Counted from the first letter of the stretch, positions 27,385 through 38,268 are shown. The stretch is DNA of 64,000 nt from an uncultured virus (IMG/VR IMGVR_UViG_3300045596_000200) (IMGVR_UViG_3300045596_000200), one strand, 5' to 3'. Notes: a model not told the origin generated them from the sequence alone. Made by a program: numbers and translations.

Positions 27385-29373
27385 GTGAAAACACTGAGCA
27401 TAGATATTGAAACCTATAGTGACGTCGAGCTCGGCAAATGCGGCGTGTATAAGTACGCCGAATCTCCTGCCTTCGAGATCCTGCTCTTCGGATATTCCGT
27501 CGACAACGGCGAGGCCGGGACGATCGATCTCGCGCAGGGGGAAACGCTCCCGCCGGACCTCATCGACGCCCTTGTCAGTGACGAGGTCGTCAAGTGGGCG
27601 TACAACGCGAACTTCGAACGTGTCTGCCTGTCCCGGTACCTGCGCGACAAGGGCCTGAGCCTCGACCCGTTCCACGACGGCCATCCCCTGTCCACGGAAC
27701 GCGCCCGTTTCCTGAACCCGGAAAGCTGGCGCTGCTCCATGGTCTGGGCTTCCACGATGGGGCTGCCTCGCTCATTGGAAGGCGTCGGCACGGTCCTCGG
27801 GCTGGAGAAGCAGAAGCTCACGGAGGGCAAGGACCTCATCAAATACTTCTGCGTCCCCTGCACGCCGACGAAATCGAACGGTGGCAGGACCAGGAACCTT
27901 CCCCGCCACGCCCCGGACAAGTGGGAAGCGTTCAAGCGATACAACATCCGGGACGTCGAAACGGAAATGGGGATCAAGCAGCGACTGTCCAAATTCCCGG
28001 TGCCGGACTCCGTGTGGGACGAATACCACATCGATCAGGAGATCAACGACCGCGGCGTCCGACTTGACATGGATCTTGTGGAGAAAGCCATCGAGATGGA
28101 TTCCCGGTCACGGTCGGAGCTCACTGCCGCGATGAAGGACCTGACCTCCCTCGACAATCCGAACAGCGTGCAGCAGATGAAGCAGTGGCTTGCGCTGCAA
28201 GGGGTCGAGGTCGGAAGCCTCGGGAAAAAAGAGGTCGCAAAGCTTATCGATTCCGTTCCGCCAAGACTCAGGGAGGCTCTTGAGCTTCGCCAGCAGCTTG
28301 CCAGATCATCCGTCAGGAAATATCAGACCATGCAGCGGGCCATCTGCGAGGACGTAAGGGCGCGTGGGATGTTCGCCTTCTATGGTGCGAACCGCACGGG
28401 CCGCTGGGCCGGACGCCTGATCCAGCTGCAGAACCTCCCGCAGAACCATCTGGAGGATCTCTCCTCCGCCCGCGCACTGGTGAAGTCCGGGGACTTCGAG
28501 GCCGTCAAGATGCTCTACGAGGATGTCCCGGACACGCTCTCGCAGCTCATCCGGACTGCCTTCATCCCGAAGGACGGCATGCTTTTCTACGTCGCCGACT
28601 TCTCCGCCATCGAGGCAAGGGTGATCGCATGGTACGCCGGTGAGAAGTGGCGGCAGAAGGTGTTCGAGGACGGTGGCGACATCTACTGCGCGTCGGCTTC
28701 CCAGATGTTCCATGTGCCGGTCGTGAAGCACGGGGTGAACGGGCACCTGCGGCAGAAAGGCAAGATCGCAGAGCTCGCGCTCGGCTACGGCGGGTCGGTC
28801 GGGGCGCTCAAGGCGATGGGCGCGCTCGAGATGGGGCTCTCCGAGGACGAGCTTCCTCCCTTGGTCGACGCGTGGCGGCAGACGAACCCCCGCATCGTCC
28901 GGTTCTGGTGGGATGTGGACAGGGCCGTCATGAACGCCGTCCGATACCACGCCCCATCCACCATCTACGGCCTGACATTCGACTGCCGCTCCGGCATGCT
29001 GTTCATCCGGCTGCCCTCCGGCAGAAAACTCGCGTATGTGAAGCCGAGGATCGGGACGAACCGGTTCGGCGGCGAATGCATCACCTACGAGGGCATCGGC
29101 GCTTCCAAGAAATGGGTACGCCTCGACTCCTACGGTCCGAAATTCGTGGAGAACATCGTGCAGGCCACATCCCGCGACATCCTGTGCTTTGCCATGAAGA
29201 CGCTCCGCTGCTGCCGGATCGTCATGCACGTCCATGACGAGCTGATCATCGAAGCAGACCTAAAAGTCTCCCTTGATGCGATCTGCGAGCAGATGGGCAG
29301 GACCCCACCGTGGACACCGGGGCTTGTCCTTCGCGCGGACGGCTATACCACGCCGTTCTATAAGAAAGATTGA
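27385..29373 (+). CDS. Phage family A DNA polymerase
   Basis: DIETYS exonuclease motif; ADFSAIEARV, RQKGKIAELALGYGG, HVHDE. Confidence 0.93.
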   Translation: MKTLSIDIETYSDVELGKCGVYKYAESPAFEILLFGYSVDNGEAGTIDLAQGETLPPDLIDALVSDEVVKWAYNANFERVCLSRYLRDKGLSLDPFHDGHPLSTERARFLNPESWRCSMVWASTMGLPRSLEGVGTVLGLEKQKLTEGKDLIKYFCVPCTPTKSNGGRTRNLPRHAPDKWEAFKRYNIRDVETEMGIKQRLSKFPVPDSVWDEYHIDQEINDRGVRLDMDLVEKAIEMDSRSRSELTAAMKDLTSLDNPNSVQQMKQWLALQGVEVGSLGKKEVAKLIDSVPPRLREALELRQQLARSSVRKYQTMQRAICEDVRARGMFAFYGANRTGRWAGRLIQLQNLPQNHLEDLSSARALVKSGDFEAVKMLYEDVPDTLSQLIRTAFIPKDGMLFYVADFSAIEARVIAWYAGEKWRQKVFEDGGDIYCASASQMFHVPVVKHGVNGHLRQKGKIAELALGYGGSVGALKAMGALEMGLSEDELPPLVDAWRQTNPRIVRFWWDVDRAVMNAVRYHAPSTIYGLTFDCRSGMLFIRLPSGRKLAYVKPRIGTNRFGGECITYEGIGASKKWVRLDSYGPKFVENIVQATSRDILCFAMKTLRCCRIVMHVHDELIIEADLKVSLDAICEQMGRTPPWTPGLVLRADGYTTPFYKKD

Positions 29374-29397
29374 AACAGCCTTGTCCACATGCATCCC

Positions 29398-29430
29398 ACG
29401 CCTCCGCAGAAATAAGCGGAGGCGTTTTTT
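29398..29430 (+). terminator. Rho-independent terminator
   Basis: ACGCCTCCGC...GCGGAGGCGT followed by T-run. Confidence 0.7.
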
Positions 29431-29459
29431 CGCTCAAAACGGCTGCCTTTCCCCAGTGG
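29431..29459 (+). promoter_or_regulatory. Repeated promoter-like motif, class 1, copy 2
   Basis: CGCTCAAA-N14-CCAGTGG. Confidence 0.65.
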
Positions 29460-29518
29460 GAGGTGAAAGGGCGAGCACCAGACAGAAAACCTTCCGCCCG
29501 CCCGGAAAGGACAACCTC

Positions 29519-30301
29519 ATGGCAAACGAAATGACAACATTCACAAACGCGGAGTTCGGAACCGTACGCACCATCACGATCGACGGTGACCCGTGGTTCG
29601 TCGGCAAGGACGTCGCCGACATCCTCGAGTACCAGAACGGTAGTCGAGATATCAACCGGCACGTAGACGAGGACGACCGGCAGAAGCTGATGGTTCACGA
29701 CGGAAACCAGATGAAGGAAACCATCGTCATCAACGAGTCCGGCCTGTACTCCCTGATCCTCGGCAGCAAGCTGCCCACGGCGAGGCGTTTCAAGCGTTGG
29801 GTGACCTCGGAGGTCCTGCCGTCCATCCGAAGGCATGGCCTTTACGCCATCGATGACATCCTGGCCAACCCGGACATCGCCATCGCCGCCCTGCAGGAAC
29901 TCAAGGCGGAACGCGAGAAAAGGCAGCAGATGGAGAACACGGTCGCCGTCCAGACGCAGCAGATCGCCGAGATGACGCCGAAGGCCAGCTATTACGACGT
30001 GGTCCTGAACTGCAAGGATCTCGTCGCGATCTCCGTCATCGCCAAGGATTACGGCTGGAGCGCGAAACGGATGAACAAGTGGCTTCATGAGAAAGGCATC
30101 CAGTTCAGGCAGCCGAGCGGCATCTGGCTTCTCTACCAGCAGTACGCCGACAAGGGCTACACCTCCACGAAGACCACGACCTTCACCGGAAGCGACGGTG
30201 AGATCCATACCGCGGTCCATACCTACTGGACGCAGGCCGGAAGGCTCTTCATCTATGAACGGATGAAGGCTGACGGCAACCTGCCACTCATCGAACGATG
30301 A
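29519..30301 (+). CDS. Phage antirepressor (BRO-N plus KilA-C/ANT)
   Basis: PWFVGKDVA, INESGLYSLI, WVTSEVLPSIR, TYWTQAGRLFIY. Confidence 0.9.
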   Translation: MANEMTTFTNAEFGTVRTITIDGDPWFVGKDVADILEYQNGSRDINRHVDEDDRQKLMVHDGNQMKETIVINESGLYSLILGSKLPTARRFKRWVTSEVLPSIRRHGLYAIDDILANPDIAIAALQELKAEREKRQQMENTVAVQTQQIAEMTPKASYYDVVLNCKDLVAISVIAKDYGWSAKRMNKWLHEKGIQFRQPSGIWLLYQQYADKGYTSTKTTTFTGSDGEIHTAVHTYWTQAGRLFIYERMKADGNLPLIER

Positions 30302-30343
30302 CCCCTTCTCGGCCCGCCTCCTGAAAACGGAGGCGGGTTCTCC

Positions 30344-30372
30344 CGCTCAAAACGTCGCTCCTTCTCCAGTGG
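30344..30372 (+). promoter_or_regulatory. Repeated promoter-like motif, class 1, copy 3
   Basis: CGCTCAAA-N14-CCAGTGG after a hairpin. Confidence 0.65.
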
Positions 30373-30414
30373 GAAGCAGAGGCGAAAAAGCGCCTCGGGA
30401 AGGAGGTAAGGCAC

Positions 30415-30831
30415 ATGGATTACAAGAACAGCGAAGGCTATCCGGACCCTACATGCTACGAGGCTCTCAGAAACATCGAGGCCGAGGAGCGGAGATCACT
30501 CAAGGCATTCCGGCCGATCGTCTACATCTGCTCCCCATATGCCGGGGACGTGGAGAGGAACGTCGAGGCCGCCAGACGTTTCTGCCGTTTCGCTACGGAG
30601 CAGGGATACATCCCGCTTGCTCCGCATCTTCTGTTTCCCCAGTTCCTTGACGACGACGATGAGACGGAACGCTCACTCGGACTCTTTTTCGGGAACGCCC
30701 TGATGAGCAAATGCGCGGAGGTCTGGGTGTTCGGGGACAGGATCTCCCCGGGGATGGAAACGGAAATCAAACGCGCCAGATGGAAAGGCTACCATCTGCG
30801 CCATTTCACGGAAGACTGCCAGGAGGTTTGA
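30415..30831 (+). CDS. DUF4406-like (nucleoside deoxyribosyltransferase-fold) protein
   Basis: VYICSPYAGD, PLAPHL, CAEVWVFG..ISPGMETEI. Confidence 0.7.
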   Translation: MDYKNSEGYPDPTCYEALRNIEAEERRSLKAFRPIVYICSPYAGDVERNVEAARRFCRFATEQGYIPLAPHLLFPQFLDDDDETERSLGLFFGNALMSKCAEVWVFGDRISPGMETEIKRARWKGYHLRHFTEDCQEV

Positions 30832-30833
30832 GC

Positions 30834-31166
30834 ATGTACGAAATAAACGAACACAGCAAGGTGCTGGATGACGGGACGGAAATCACAACCTACGGGCGCG
30901 AGGTCGTCAGCGCCAACATCCTCGATGTCGAGGCCGGGACCACCGGCTACAAGGGCGGCGACAGCGGGCACGGCGGAAGGACCTATTTCCGGATCTCGGA
31001 TGCGGCCTGCACGGACATGGACGTCCATGTTCTCCGCGACCGCTACGGGGACGCGACGGGATTCGAGGTCGTCCTCGGCGGTGACTGCGAGCTGGAGACC
31101 ATGATCCGGGCGCTCAGGTTCATCGTGAGGGTGCTCGAGGACGAATCGAAGGAGGTGTACGACTGA
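30834..31166 (+). CDS. Hypothetical phage protein
   Basis: AGGAGG RBS; GTTGYKGGDSGHGGRTY. Confidence 0.7.
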   Translation: MYEINEHSKVLDDGTEITTYGREVVSANILDVEAGTTGYKGGDSGHGGRTYFRISDAACTDMDVHVLRDRYGDATGFEVVLGGDCELETMIRALRFIVRVLEDESKEVYD

Positions 31167-31168
31167 GC

Positions 31169-33454
31169 ATGAGATTCACGTTATACACCGCGGACTGCAC
31201 GGGAAACGAGGCCAACTGCCTCTACCCGCATGAAGCGATCATCAACACCCCGGAGGATTTCGCCGCCGCCGTCGCACGCGACCACGTGACCGCGGCATAC
31301 AGGAACAGCTACCGGTCGAACGACAACTTCATCTCCGCCGACGCCATCGTCTGGGACTGCGACAATGATTTCTCGGAAAACCCGGATGACTGGGTGACGC
31401 CGAAGAAGCTGGCCGGAGGCGCTCTTGCGGACGTGGCGTTCGCCGCCTCCCCGAGCCGCCACAACATGCTCCGGAAAGACAGCTACTCGCCCCGTCCCCG
31501 TTTCCATCTGGTCGCGCCGATCACGGTCTGCACGGACGCCGACGCCTTCGCCGCGCTCAAGAAATCCGGCATGCAGAAGTTCCCGTTCTTCGACTCAAAG
31601 GCGCTCGACGCCGCACGATTCCTGTATGGCGCGAAGGTGAAACCGGAGGACGTGTTCTGGCATGAAGGCACGCTCACGATCGACCGGATCCTGCCGGATG
31701 CGCCGGACGGGGAAGCACCGGATGCGCCTGCCTACACCGGCGGGTCGATCCCGGAGGGAAGCCGCAACAACACGATGTCCCATTTCGCTGGCCGCGTGCT
31801 GAAGCGCTTCGGCGACACGGACAAAGCCTACGAGGCGTATCTGGAGCGAGCCGGGAAATGCGATCCGCCGCTTCCGGCAAAGGAGCTCAGGACCATCTGG
31901 CGGAGCGCCCTGAAGTTCTTCAAAAGCAAGGTGGAGGGAAGCGACGGATACGTTCCGCCAGACGAGTACGAGGACACGTTCGGTACCGGCTTCCTGAAGC
32001 CGGAGGACTACTCCGACATCGGAGAGGCCAAGGTCATCTCCAAGGAGTGCCGGGACCGGCTCCGCTTCACGAGCGCCACGGACTTCATCGCCTTCGGCGG
32101 GGACCGCTGGTACGAGGACAAGCAGAAATCGCTGGGCGTCGTCGAGAGCTTCATGGACGACCAGCTTCTTGATGCGACGGAGGCGATCCGCATCGCGGAG
32201 GAGAACCTCATCGCCCTCGGCGTACCGGAATCCGACGTCAAGGCAAGAGGCAAGGCGCTCGTGAACGCCGTTCCGGAAAACAAGATGGGGCTTCTCCATG
32301 CGCTGCTTGGCGCGGACACCTACAAGAAGTTCGTCATGAAGTACCGGAACTACAAGAACATCGTCAACGCGCAGAACGCCGCGAAGCCGATGCTGGCGCT
32401 TGACGTGTCCGAACTCGACTACGATCCGGAGCTCCTCAACACGCCGGACGGCACCTACGATCTGACGAAGGGTCTCATGGGCAGTCATCCGCATGATCCG
32501 GACGATCTCATCACGAAGATCACGGCCTGCTCTCCCGGCGACAAGGGAACGGATCTGTGGCTTCAGAACCTTGACCTGTTCTTCTGCGGCGACCGGGAGC
32601 TCATCGGCTACGTGCAGCAGATCGTCGGCATGGCTGCGGTCGGACGCGTCTACGCGGAGCAGATGATCATCGCCTACGGAGGCGGCGCGAACGGCAAGTC
32701 CACCTTCTGGAACACCATCGCCAGGGTCCTCGGAAACTACTCCGGCAAGATCTCCGCCGAGGCGCTCACCATGAACTGCAAGCGGAACGTCAAACCGGAA
32801 ATGGCGGAGCTCAAGGGCAAGCGCCTCATCATCGCATCCGAGCTTGAGGAAGGCCAGCGGCTCAACACCGGCATGGTGAAGCAGCTGTGCAGCGTCGATC
32901 CGATCGAGGCGGAGAAGAAATACAAGGACCCGTTCCACTTCGACCCCTCGCACACGCTCGTCCTTTATACGAACTACCTGCCGAAGGTGTCCGCGAACGA
33001 CGACGGCACCTGGAGGCGGCTCATCGTGATCCCGTTCAATGCGAAGATCACCGGGAAATCCGACATCAAGAACTACTCCGACTACCTTTTCGAGCAGGCG
33101 GGCCCGGCGATCCTCTCATGGATCATCGAAGGGGCCGGGATCGCCATCTCCAAGGGGTTCAAGATACCGGAGCCGAAGGCGGTCAGGGACGCCTTCGACA
33201 AATACCGTGAGGACAATGACTGGCTCGGCCAGTTCATCGACGAGCACTGCGACGTGGATCCGTCATACACGGAGAAATCCGGTGATCTCTACCAGCAGTA
33301 CCATGCGGTCTGCTTTCAGACCGGGGAGTATGCCCGGAGCACGACGGATTTCTACGGGAACCTTGAGAAGGCCGGGTTCAGGCGCAGGAAGACCAGAAAC
33401 GGGATTCTTGTTTATGGTCTGAGGCTCAAGTCAGGTCAGGATTTTCTGGGCTGA
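31169..33454 (+). CDS. P4-family primase/D5-like SF3 helicase
   Basis: PriCT-like EGSRNN; GGGANGKSTF; WRRLIVIPF. Confidence 0.92.
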   Translation: MRFTLYTADCTGNEANCLYPHEAIINTPEDFAAAVARDHVTAAYRNSYRSNDNFISADAIVWDCDNDFSENPDDWVTPKKLAGGALADVAFAASPSRHNMLRKDSYSPRPRFHLVAPITVCTDADAFAALKKSGMQKFPFFDSKALDAARFLYGAKVKPEDVFWHEGTLTIDRILPDAPDGEAPDAPAYTGGSIPEGSRNNTMSHFAGRVLKRFGDTDKAYEAYLERAGKCDPPLPAKELRTIWRSALKFFKSKVEGSDGYVPPDEYEDTFGTGFLKPEDYSDIGEAKVISKECRDRLRFTSATDFIAFGGDRWYEDKQKSLGVVESFMDDQLLDATEAIRIAEENLIALGVPESDVKARGKALVNAVPENKMGLLHALLGADTYKKFVMKYRNYKNIVNAQNAAKPMLALDVSELDYDPELLNTPDGTYDLTKGLMGSHPHDPDDLITKITACSPGDKGTDLWLQNLDLFFCGDRELIGYVQQIVGMAAVGRVYAEQMIIAYGGGANGKSTFWNTIARVLGNYSGKISAEALTMNCKRNVKPEMAELKGKRLIIASELEEGQRLNTGMVKQLCSVDPIEAEKKYKDPFHFDPSHTLVLYTNYLPKVSANDDGTWRRLIVIPFNAKITGKSDIKNYSDYLFEQAGPAILSWIIEGAGIAISKGFKIPEPKAVRDAFDKYREDNDWLGQFIDEHCDVDPSYTEKSGDLYQQYHAVCFQTGEYARSTTDFYGNLEKAGFRRRKTRNGILVYGLRLKSGQDFLG

Positions 33455-33584
33455 ATCCCCATGTGTGCAGGTCGAGAAGGTCTATATACAAAAGTCCCTA
33501 TAGAGAAGAATCAAACATCTATATAGGGGTTTTAGGAATAGACCATCGAGACCTGCACACCTCGGATTTTTCGAGGAGGAACGC

Positions 33585-33866
33585 ATGAACGAAAAGGACA
33601 TAGAACGAAAACTCGTCGTGACGGTAAAAAGCGCGGGCGGGATCGCTCCGAAGCTCGTCTCACCGGGATTCGCGGGCATGCCCGACCGCCTCATCCTGTT
33701 GCCTGACGGGCATATGGCGTTCGCGGAGCTGAAGGCACCCGGGCAAAGTCCGAGACCGCTTCAGCTGTCGCGTCACCGGCTCCTTCGGAAGCTGGGATAC
33801 CGGGTCTATGTGATTGATGACGTAAAGCAGATCGGAGGGATGCTGGATGAACTTCGAACCCCATGA
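33585..33866 (+). CDS. VRR-NUC nuclease
   Basis: GMPDRLIL...FAELKAPG...LQ. Confidence 0.88.
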   Translation: MNEKDIERKLVVTVKSAGGIAPKLVSPGFAGMPDRLILLPDGHMAFAELKAPGQSPRPLQLSRHRLLRKLGYRVYVIDDVKQIGGMLDELRTP

Positions 33867-35193
33867 CTACCAGAGATACGCCATCGACTACATCGAGACG
33901 CATCCGGTCGCCGCGGTCCTTCTGGACATGGGTCTTGGCAAGACGGTGATCAGCCTGACGGCCGTCTCCGATCTTCTGTTCGACAGCTTCCTGGTCCACC
34001 GCGTCCTGGTGGTCGCGCCGCTTCGCGTGGCGAGGGACACCTGGCCCGCGGAGATCCGGAAATGGGAGCACCTGTCCGGCATCACCTACGCCGTCGCGGT
34101 CGGGACCGCAAGGGAGCGGAAAGCGGCCCTCCTTCAAGGCGCGGACGTCACGATCGTCAACCGGGAGAACCTCGTCTGGCTGATCGAGGGCTCCGGCGCC
34201 CCGTTCGATTACGACATGGTGGTCGTCGACGAGCTCTCGTCCTTCAAGAACCACAGGTCCAAGCGGTTCAAGGCACTCATGAAGGTCCGCACCACGGTGA
34301 AAAGGATCGTCGGCCTCACCGGGACCCCTTCCTCCAACGGGCTCATGGACCTGTGGGCGGAGTTCAGGCTCCTCGACCAGGGGGTACGGCTCGGACGGTT
34401 CATCGGCCAGTATCGGCTGGACTACTTCGTGCCGGACAAGAGGAAAGGCTCGACCGTCTACTCCTACAAGCCGCTGCCCGGTGCTGAGGACGCCATCTAC
34501 CGGAAGATATCCGACATCACGATCTCGATGAGGTCCACCGACCACCTGAGGATGCCGGAGCTCCTGTCCACGGAATACGAGGTGCGGCTGTCCGGGGACG
34601 AACGCAAACGGTACGAGGCCCTGAAAAACGACCTCGTCCTCCGGCTTCACGGGGACGAGATCACGGCCGCGAACGCCGCGGCGCTCACCGGCAAGCTCGC
34701 GCAGCTCTCGAACGGGGCCATCTATTCGGACGACGGGAGGATCATCGAATTCCACGACCGGAAGCTCGACGCCCTGGAGGACATCATCGAATCCATGAAC
34801 GGCAGGCCCCTGCTGGTCGCCTACTGGTTCCGGCATGACCTTGAGAGGATCCGGAAACGGTTCGGCATACGGGAGATCAAATCATCCGGGGACATCGCGG
34901 ACTGGAACGCCGGAAGGATCCCGGTCGGGCTGATCCACCCCGCCTCCGCCGGGCACGGGCTGAACCTGCAGGACGGCGGAAGCACCCTCGTCTGGTTCGG
35001 GCTCACATGGAGCCTCGAGCTCTACCAGCAGACGAACGCAAGGCTCTGGAGGCAGGGCCAGAAAAGCCGGACCGTCGTCATCCAGCACATCGTCACAAAG
35101 GACACCATCGACGGGCGGATCCTTGCCGCCCTGCAGCGCAAGGACAGGACGCAGTCGGCCCTGATCGACGCGGTGAAGGCGGTGATGCGATGA
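33847..35193 (+). CDS. SNF2-family helicase
   Basis: DMGLGKT, DELS, LTGTP, GHGLNLQ, ARLWRQGQ. Confidence 0.92.
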   Translation: MNFEPHDYQRYAIDYIETHPVAAVLLDMGLGKTVISLTAVSDLLFDSFLVHRVLVVAPLRVARDTWPAEIRKWEHLSGITYAVAVGTARERKAALLQGADVTIVNRENLVWLIEGSGAPFDYDMVVVDELSSFKNHRSKRFKALMKVRTTVKRIVGLTGTPSSNGLMDLWAEFRLLDQGVRLGRFIGQYRLDYFVPDKRKGSTVYSYKPLPGAEDAIYRKISDITISMRSTDHLRMPELLSTEYEVRLSGDERKRYEALKNDLVLRLHGDEITAANAAALTGKLAQLSNGAIYSDDGRIIEFHDRKLDALEDIIESMNGRPLLVAYWFRHDLERIRKRFGIREIKSSGDIADWNAGRIPVGLIHPASAGHGLNLQDGGSTLVWFGLTWSLELYQQTNARLWRQGQKSRTVVIQHIVTKDTIDGRILAALQRKDRTQSALIDAVKAVMR

Positions 35194-35411
35194 CCGGCCC
35201 ATACGAGGATCTCGCGAACGCCGTCGTGCTGCAGGCCTCCAAGGATTACAGGAAGGCGCTGAAGACCCTGCGCGTGTATCCGAAAAGCCGGTCGGCGAAG
35301 GCGGACAGGGACGAGCTGGAGCGGTTCTTCCGCTCCCCGTGGTATGCGTGCCTCACCTCGGTCGATGGCGAGACGCTGATCCGGAAGATCCGGGAGGAGG
35401 TGGAATCATGA
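35190..35411 (+). CDS. Hypothetical phage protein
   Basis: ATGA overlap; LANAVVLQASKDYR. Confidence 0.7.
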   Translation: MTGPYEDLANAVVLQASKDYRKALKTLRVYPKSRSAKADRDELERFFRSPWYACLTSVDGETLIRKIREEVES

Positions 35412-35827
35412 CGCCAAAACAATACCTGATGCAGGCCAAGCACCTGGACGCGCTGATCGACGCGCGCCTCCGCGAGATCGACTACTGGAAGGACATGTCC
35501 ACCAGCATCTCCGGCCCGCGGTTCGACGGCATGCCGCACAGCCCGAACCGCAGGACCGACGCGAACTTCGTCCGCTGCCTGGAGAAGGTCGCCGAGATCC
35601 AGGCGGACGTCGAGAGGAAGATGTCGCGGCTCATAGCGCTCCGGGACGAGATCGGCCGCCGCATCGACATGGTCGACAGCCCGGAGGAGCAGCTGGTGCT
35701 GCGCTACCGGTACGTCGACAACTGCACGTGGGAGGAGATCGGGACCCTGATGAACGTGTCGGAGCGGACGGTCTTCCGCATCCACGGCAGCGCCCTGCAG
35801 CATTTCCCCATGCCAGACGAAAGTTGA
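35408..35827 (+). CDS. RinA/ArpU-like (DUF1492) late transcriptional activator
   Basis: LRYRYV...WEEIG..MNVSERTVFRIHGSAL; located before the packaging module. Confidence 0.78.
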   Translation: MTPKQYLMQAKHLDALIDARLREIDYWKDMSTSISGPRFDGMPHSPNRRTDANFVRCLEKVAEIQADVERKMSRLIALRDEIGRRIDMVDSPEEQLVLRYRYVDNCTWEEIGTLMNVSERTVFRIHGSALQHFPMPDES

Positions 35828-35981
35828 CAGCCCATGGCAGTGTCTGTCAGTGAATGGCGGTGCCCGCGCGTGATATAACCATGATAGGAAAACAGGATGA
35901 AAAGCGGCGCAGCCGCATCAAGCCTCGGAGGGCCGACGCCTTCCGGGGCTTTTCCTATGCCTTGGAAGGAGGTGGCAGGCA

Positions 35982-36335
35982 ATGCCAAGGAAACCGAAAC
36001 GCCCCTGCCGCTACCCGGGCTGCCCGAACCTCTGCGAGGACGGCGAACAGTACTGCGACGAACACAAGGCGCTGATGGAAAGGCACTACGAGAGGTTCAC
36101 GCGCGGCTATTCCCCGGGCAAACGGTACGGCAGGGCCTGGCAGCGCATCCGCACCCGCTACGTCCACAAGCATCCCCTCTGCGAGGAGTGCCTGAAGCAC
36201 GGACGGTACGTCGCGGTCGAGGAGGTCCACCACATCGTCCCGCTCTCGGAGGGCGGGTCGAACGACGAGTCGAACCTCATGAGCCTGTGCCGTTCCTGCC
36301 ATGAGAGGATCCACAGGGAGCGCGGCGACCGGTAG
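35982..36335 (+). CDS. Packaging-associated HNH endonuclease
   Basis: PLCEEC, VHHIVPL, NLMSLCRSCH. Confidence 0.9.
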   Translation: MPRKPKRPCRYPGCPNLCEDGEQYCDEHKALMERHYERFTRGYSPGKRYGRAWQRIRTRYVHKHPLCEECLKHGRYVAVEEVHHIVPLSEGGSNDESNLMSLCRSCHERIHRERGDR

Positions 36336-36420
36336 GGGCGGTCAAAATCTCTGTCGCCTGCCCCAGCGGAAAACGGCGCGGGGTCTTCCGTGCGAAAAAA
36401 GCGAAAACAAACGAGGAATA
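36330..36420 (+). other. Probable cos region
   Basis: Position between HNH and terS as in HK97-like cos phages; GGGGCGGTCAAAATCTCT; exact cut site not determinable. Confidence 0.4.
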
Positions 36421-36453
36421 GCCCCACGCGGGCTTCGAAGGAGCGGATATTTC

Positions 36454-37005
36454 ATGGCGAAGGACGGAACTGCCAGAGGCGGTCAGCGTTTCGGGCAGGG
36501 ACGCCCGAGCAAAGCGATCAAGGAAAAAATCGACGCGGGGAACCCCGGCGGAAGGAAGCTCCAGATCATGGACCTCCCTGAGCCTCCGGACATGGAGGGG
36601 CGCGAAGCGCCGGACCCGCGTGACTACATGCTCGAAAAACAGCAGAGCGGCATCGACCTGTGCGCGGCGGACGTGTTCAAGGAGACCTGGGAGTGGCTCG
36701 CGAGCCTCGGCTGCGAGAAGCTCGTCTCCCGGCAGCTCATCGACCAGTACGCGATGAGCGTCGCCCGGTGGATCCAGTGCGAGCACGCGATCTCCCGCTA
36801 CTCGATGCTCTCCAAGCATCCGACCAGCGGAAAACCCATCGCCTCACCGTTCGTCACGATGTCGCAGAACTACATGAAGCAGACCAACCAGCTCTGGTAC
36901 CAGATCTACCAGGTCGTGAAGGAGAACTGCCTGACGGATTACAACGGCGCGGACGTGCAGGACGACGTGATGGAACGGCTGCTCCGCGCAAGAAAGGGAC
37001 TGTAG
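36454..37005 (+). CDS. Terminase small subunit (P27 family)
   Basis: RGGQRFGQGRP, GNPGGRKL, HPTSGKPIASPF. Confidence 0.85.
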   Translation: MAKDGTARGGQRFGQGRPSKAIKEKIDAGNPGGRKLQIMDLPEPPDMEGREAPDPRDYMLEKQQSGIDLCAADVFKETWEWLASLGCEKLVSRQLIDQYAMSVARWIQCEHAISRYSMLSKHPTSGKPIASPFVTMSQNYMKQTNQLWYQIYQVVKENCLTDYNGADVQDDVMERLLRARKGL

Positions 37006-37008
37006 GAC

Positions 37009-38268
37009 ATGAACACACACAGACTGGAACAGGTGCCGGTCGACAGACTGGTGCCGTATGCGAGGAACGCGAGAACACACTCGAAGGAACAGATCGCGCA
37101 GCTGAGGGCATCCCTCCGGGAGTTCGGATTCGTCTCCCCGGCGGTCATCGACCAGGACTACAACATCCTCGTCGGCCACGGCAGGATCATGGCCGCCCGC
37201 GAGGAAGGCTACAGGACCGTCCCCTGCGTGTTCGCCGAGGACCTCACCGAGGCGCAGAAACGCGCGTACATCCTCGCCGACAACCAGCTGGCCCTGAACG
37301 CCGGATGGGACGAGGACATGCTCTCCGTCGAACTGTCCGACCTCAAGGACCAGTCCTTCGACCTGTCGCTCCTCGGCTTTAACAACAAGGAGCTCGAGAA
37401 GCTCCTGAACGGAAGCGACGGCACCGGCATCGAGGATGACGGCTTCGACCTGACGGCCGCCTTGGAGAAGGCTTCCTTCGTCGAGCCCGGCGACGTGTGG
37501 ACGGTCGGAAGGCACCACCTGATGTGCGGCGACGCGACCAAGCCGGAAGATGTAACTACACTCATGGACGGCAAACGCGCGAACCTCGTCCTGACCGACC
37601 CGCCGTACGGCGTCTCCTTCAAGGCGTCGGACGGGCTGACCATCCGGAACGACGGCCTCAAGGGCGAGGAATTCTACAACTTCCTCCTCTCCGCGTTCAG
37701 GAACATGGCGGACCACCTCGAGAAAGGCGGAGCCGCCTACTGCTTCCACGCCGACACCGAGGGGCTCACCTTCCGGCGCGCGTTCGTCGACGCGGGATTC
37801 CATCTCGCGGGCGTGTGCATCTGGGTGAAGAACAGCCTCGTGCTCGGTCGCTCCGACTACCAGTGGCAGCATGAGCCGGTCCTGTACGGATTCCTCCAGA
37901 ACGGCAGGCACCCGTGGTACGCGGGACGCTCCGAGACGACCATCTGGAATTTCGACAAGCCGAAACGCAACAAGGACCATCCGACCAGCAAGCCGCTCGA
38001 CCTGCTCGGCTACCCGATCCGGAACTCCACGCAGGAGAACGCCATCGTCCTCGACACCTTCGGCGGCTCCGGCTCCACGCTCATGGCATGCGAGCAGCTG
38101 AACCGCACCTGCATGACGATGGAGCTCGACCCGAAATACGCCTCGGTCATCCTCCGCCGCTACGTGGAGGACACCGGCGATTCAGGAAATGTATCCGTCG
38201 TCCGTGACGGCAAAACGCTCCGGTATGCCGACCTCGTGAAGGAGGTCGGGCCACCGGACATGGGCTGA
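37009..38268 (+). CDS. ParB-like domain plus N4/N6 DNA methyltransferase (orphan)
   Basis: PYARNARTH, GHGR; TDPPY, HPTSKP, DTFGGSGST. Confidence 0.9.
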   Translation: MNTHRLEQVPVDRLVPYARNARTHSKEQIAQLRASLREFGFVSPAVIDQDYNILVGHGRIMAAREEGYRTVPCVFAEDLTEAQKRAYILADNQLALNAGWDEDMLSVELSDLKDQSFDLSLLGFNNKELEKLLNGSDGTGIEDDGFDLTAALEKASFVEPGDVWTVGRHHLMCGDATKPEDVTTLMDGKRANLVLTDPPYGVSFKASDGLTIRNDGLKGEEFYNFLLSAFRNMADHLEKGGAAYCFHADTEGLTFRRAFVDAGFHLAGVCIWVKNSLVLGRSDYQWQHEPVLYGFLQNGRHPWYAGRSETTIWNFDKPKRNKDHPTSKPLDLLGYPIRNSTQENAIVLDTFGGSGSTLMACEQLNRTCMTMELDPKYASVILRRYVEDTGDSGNVSVVRDGKTLRYADLVKEVGPPDMG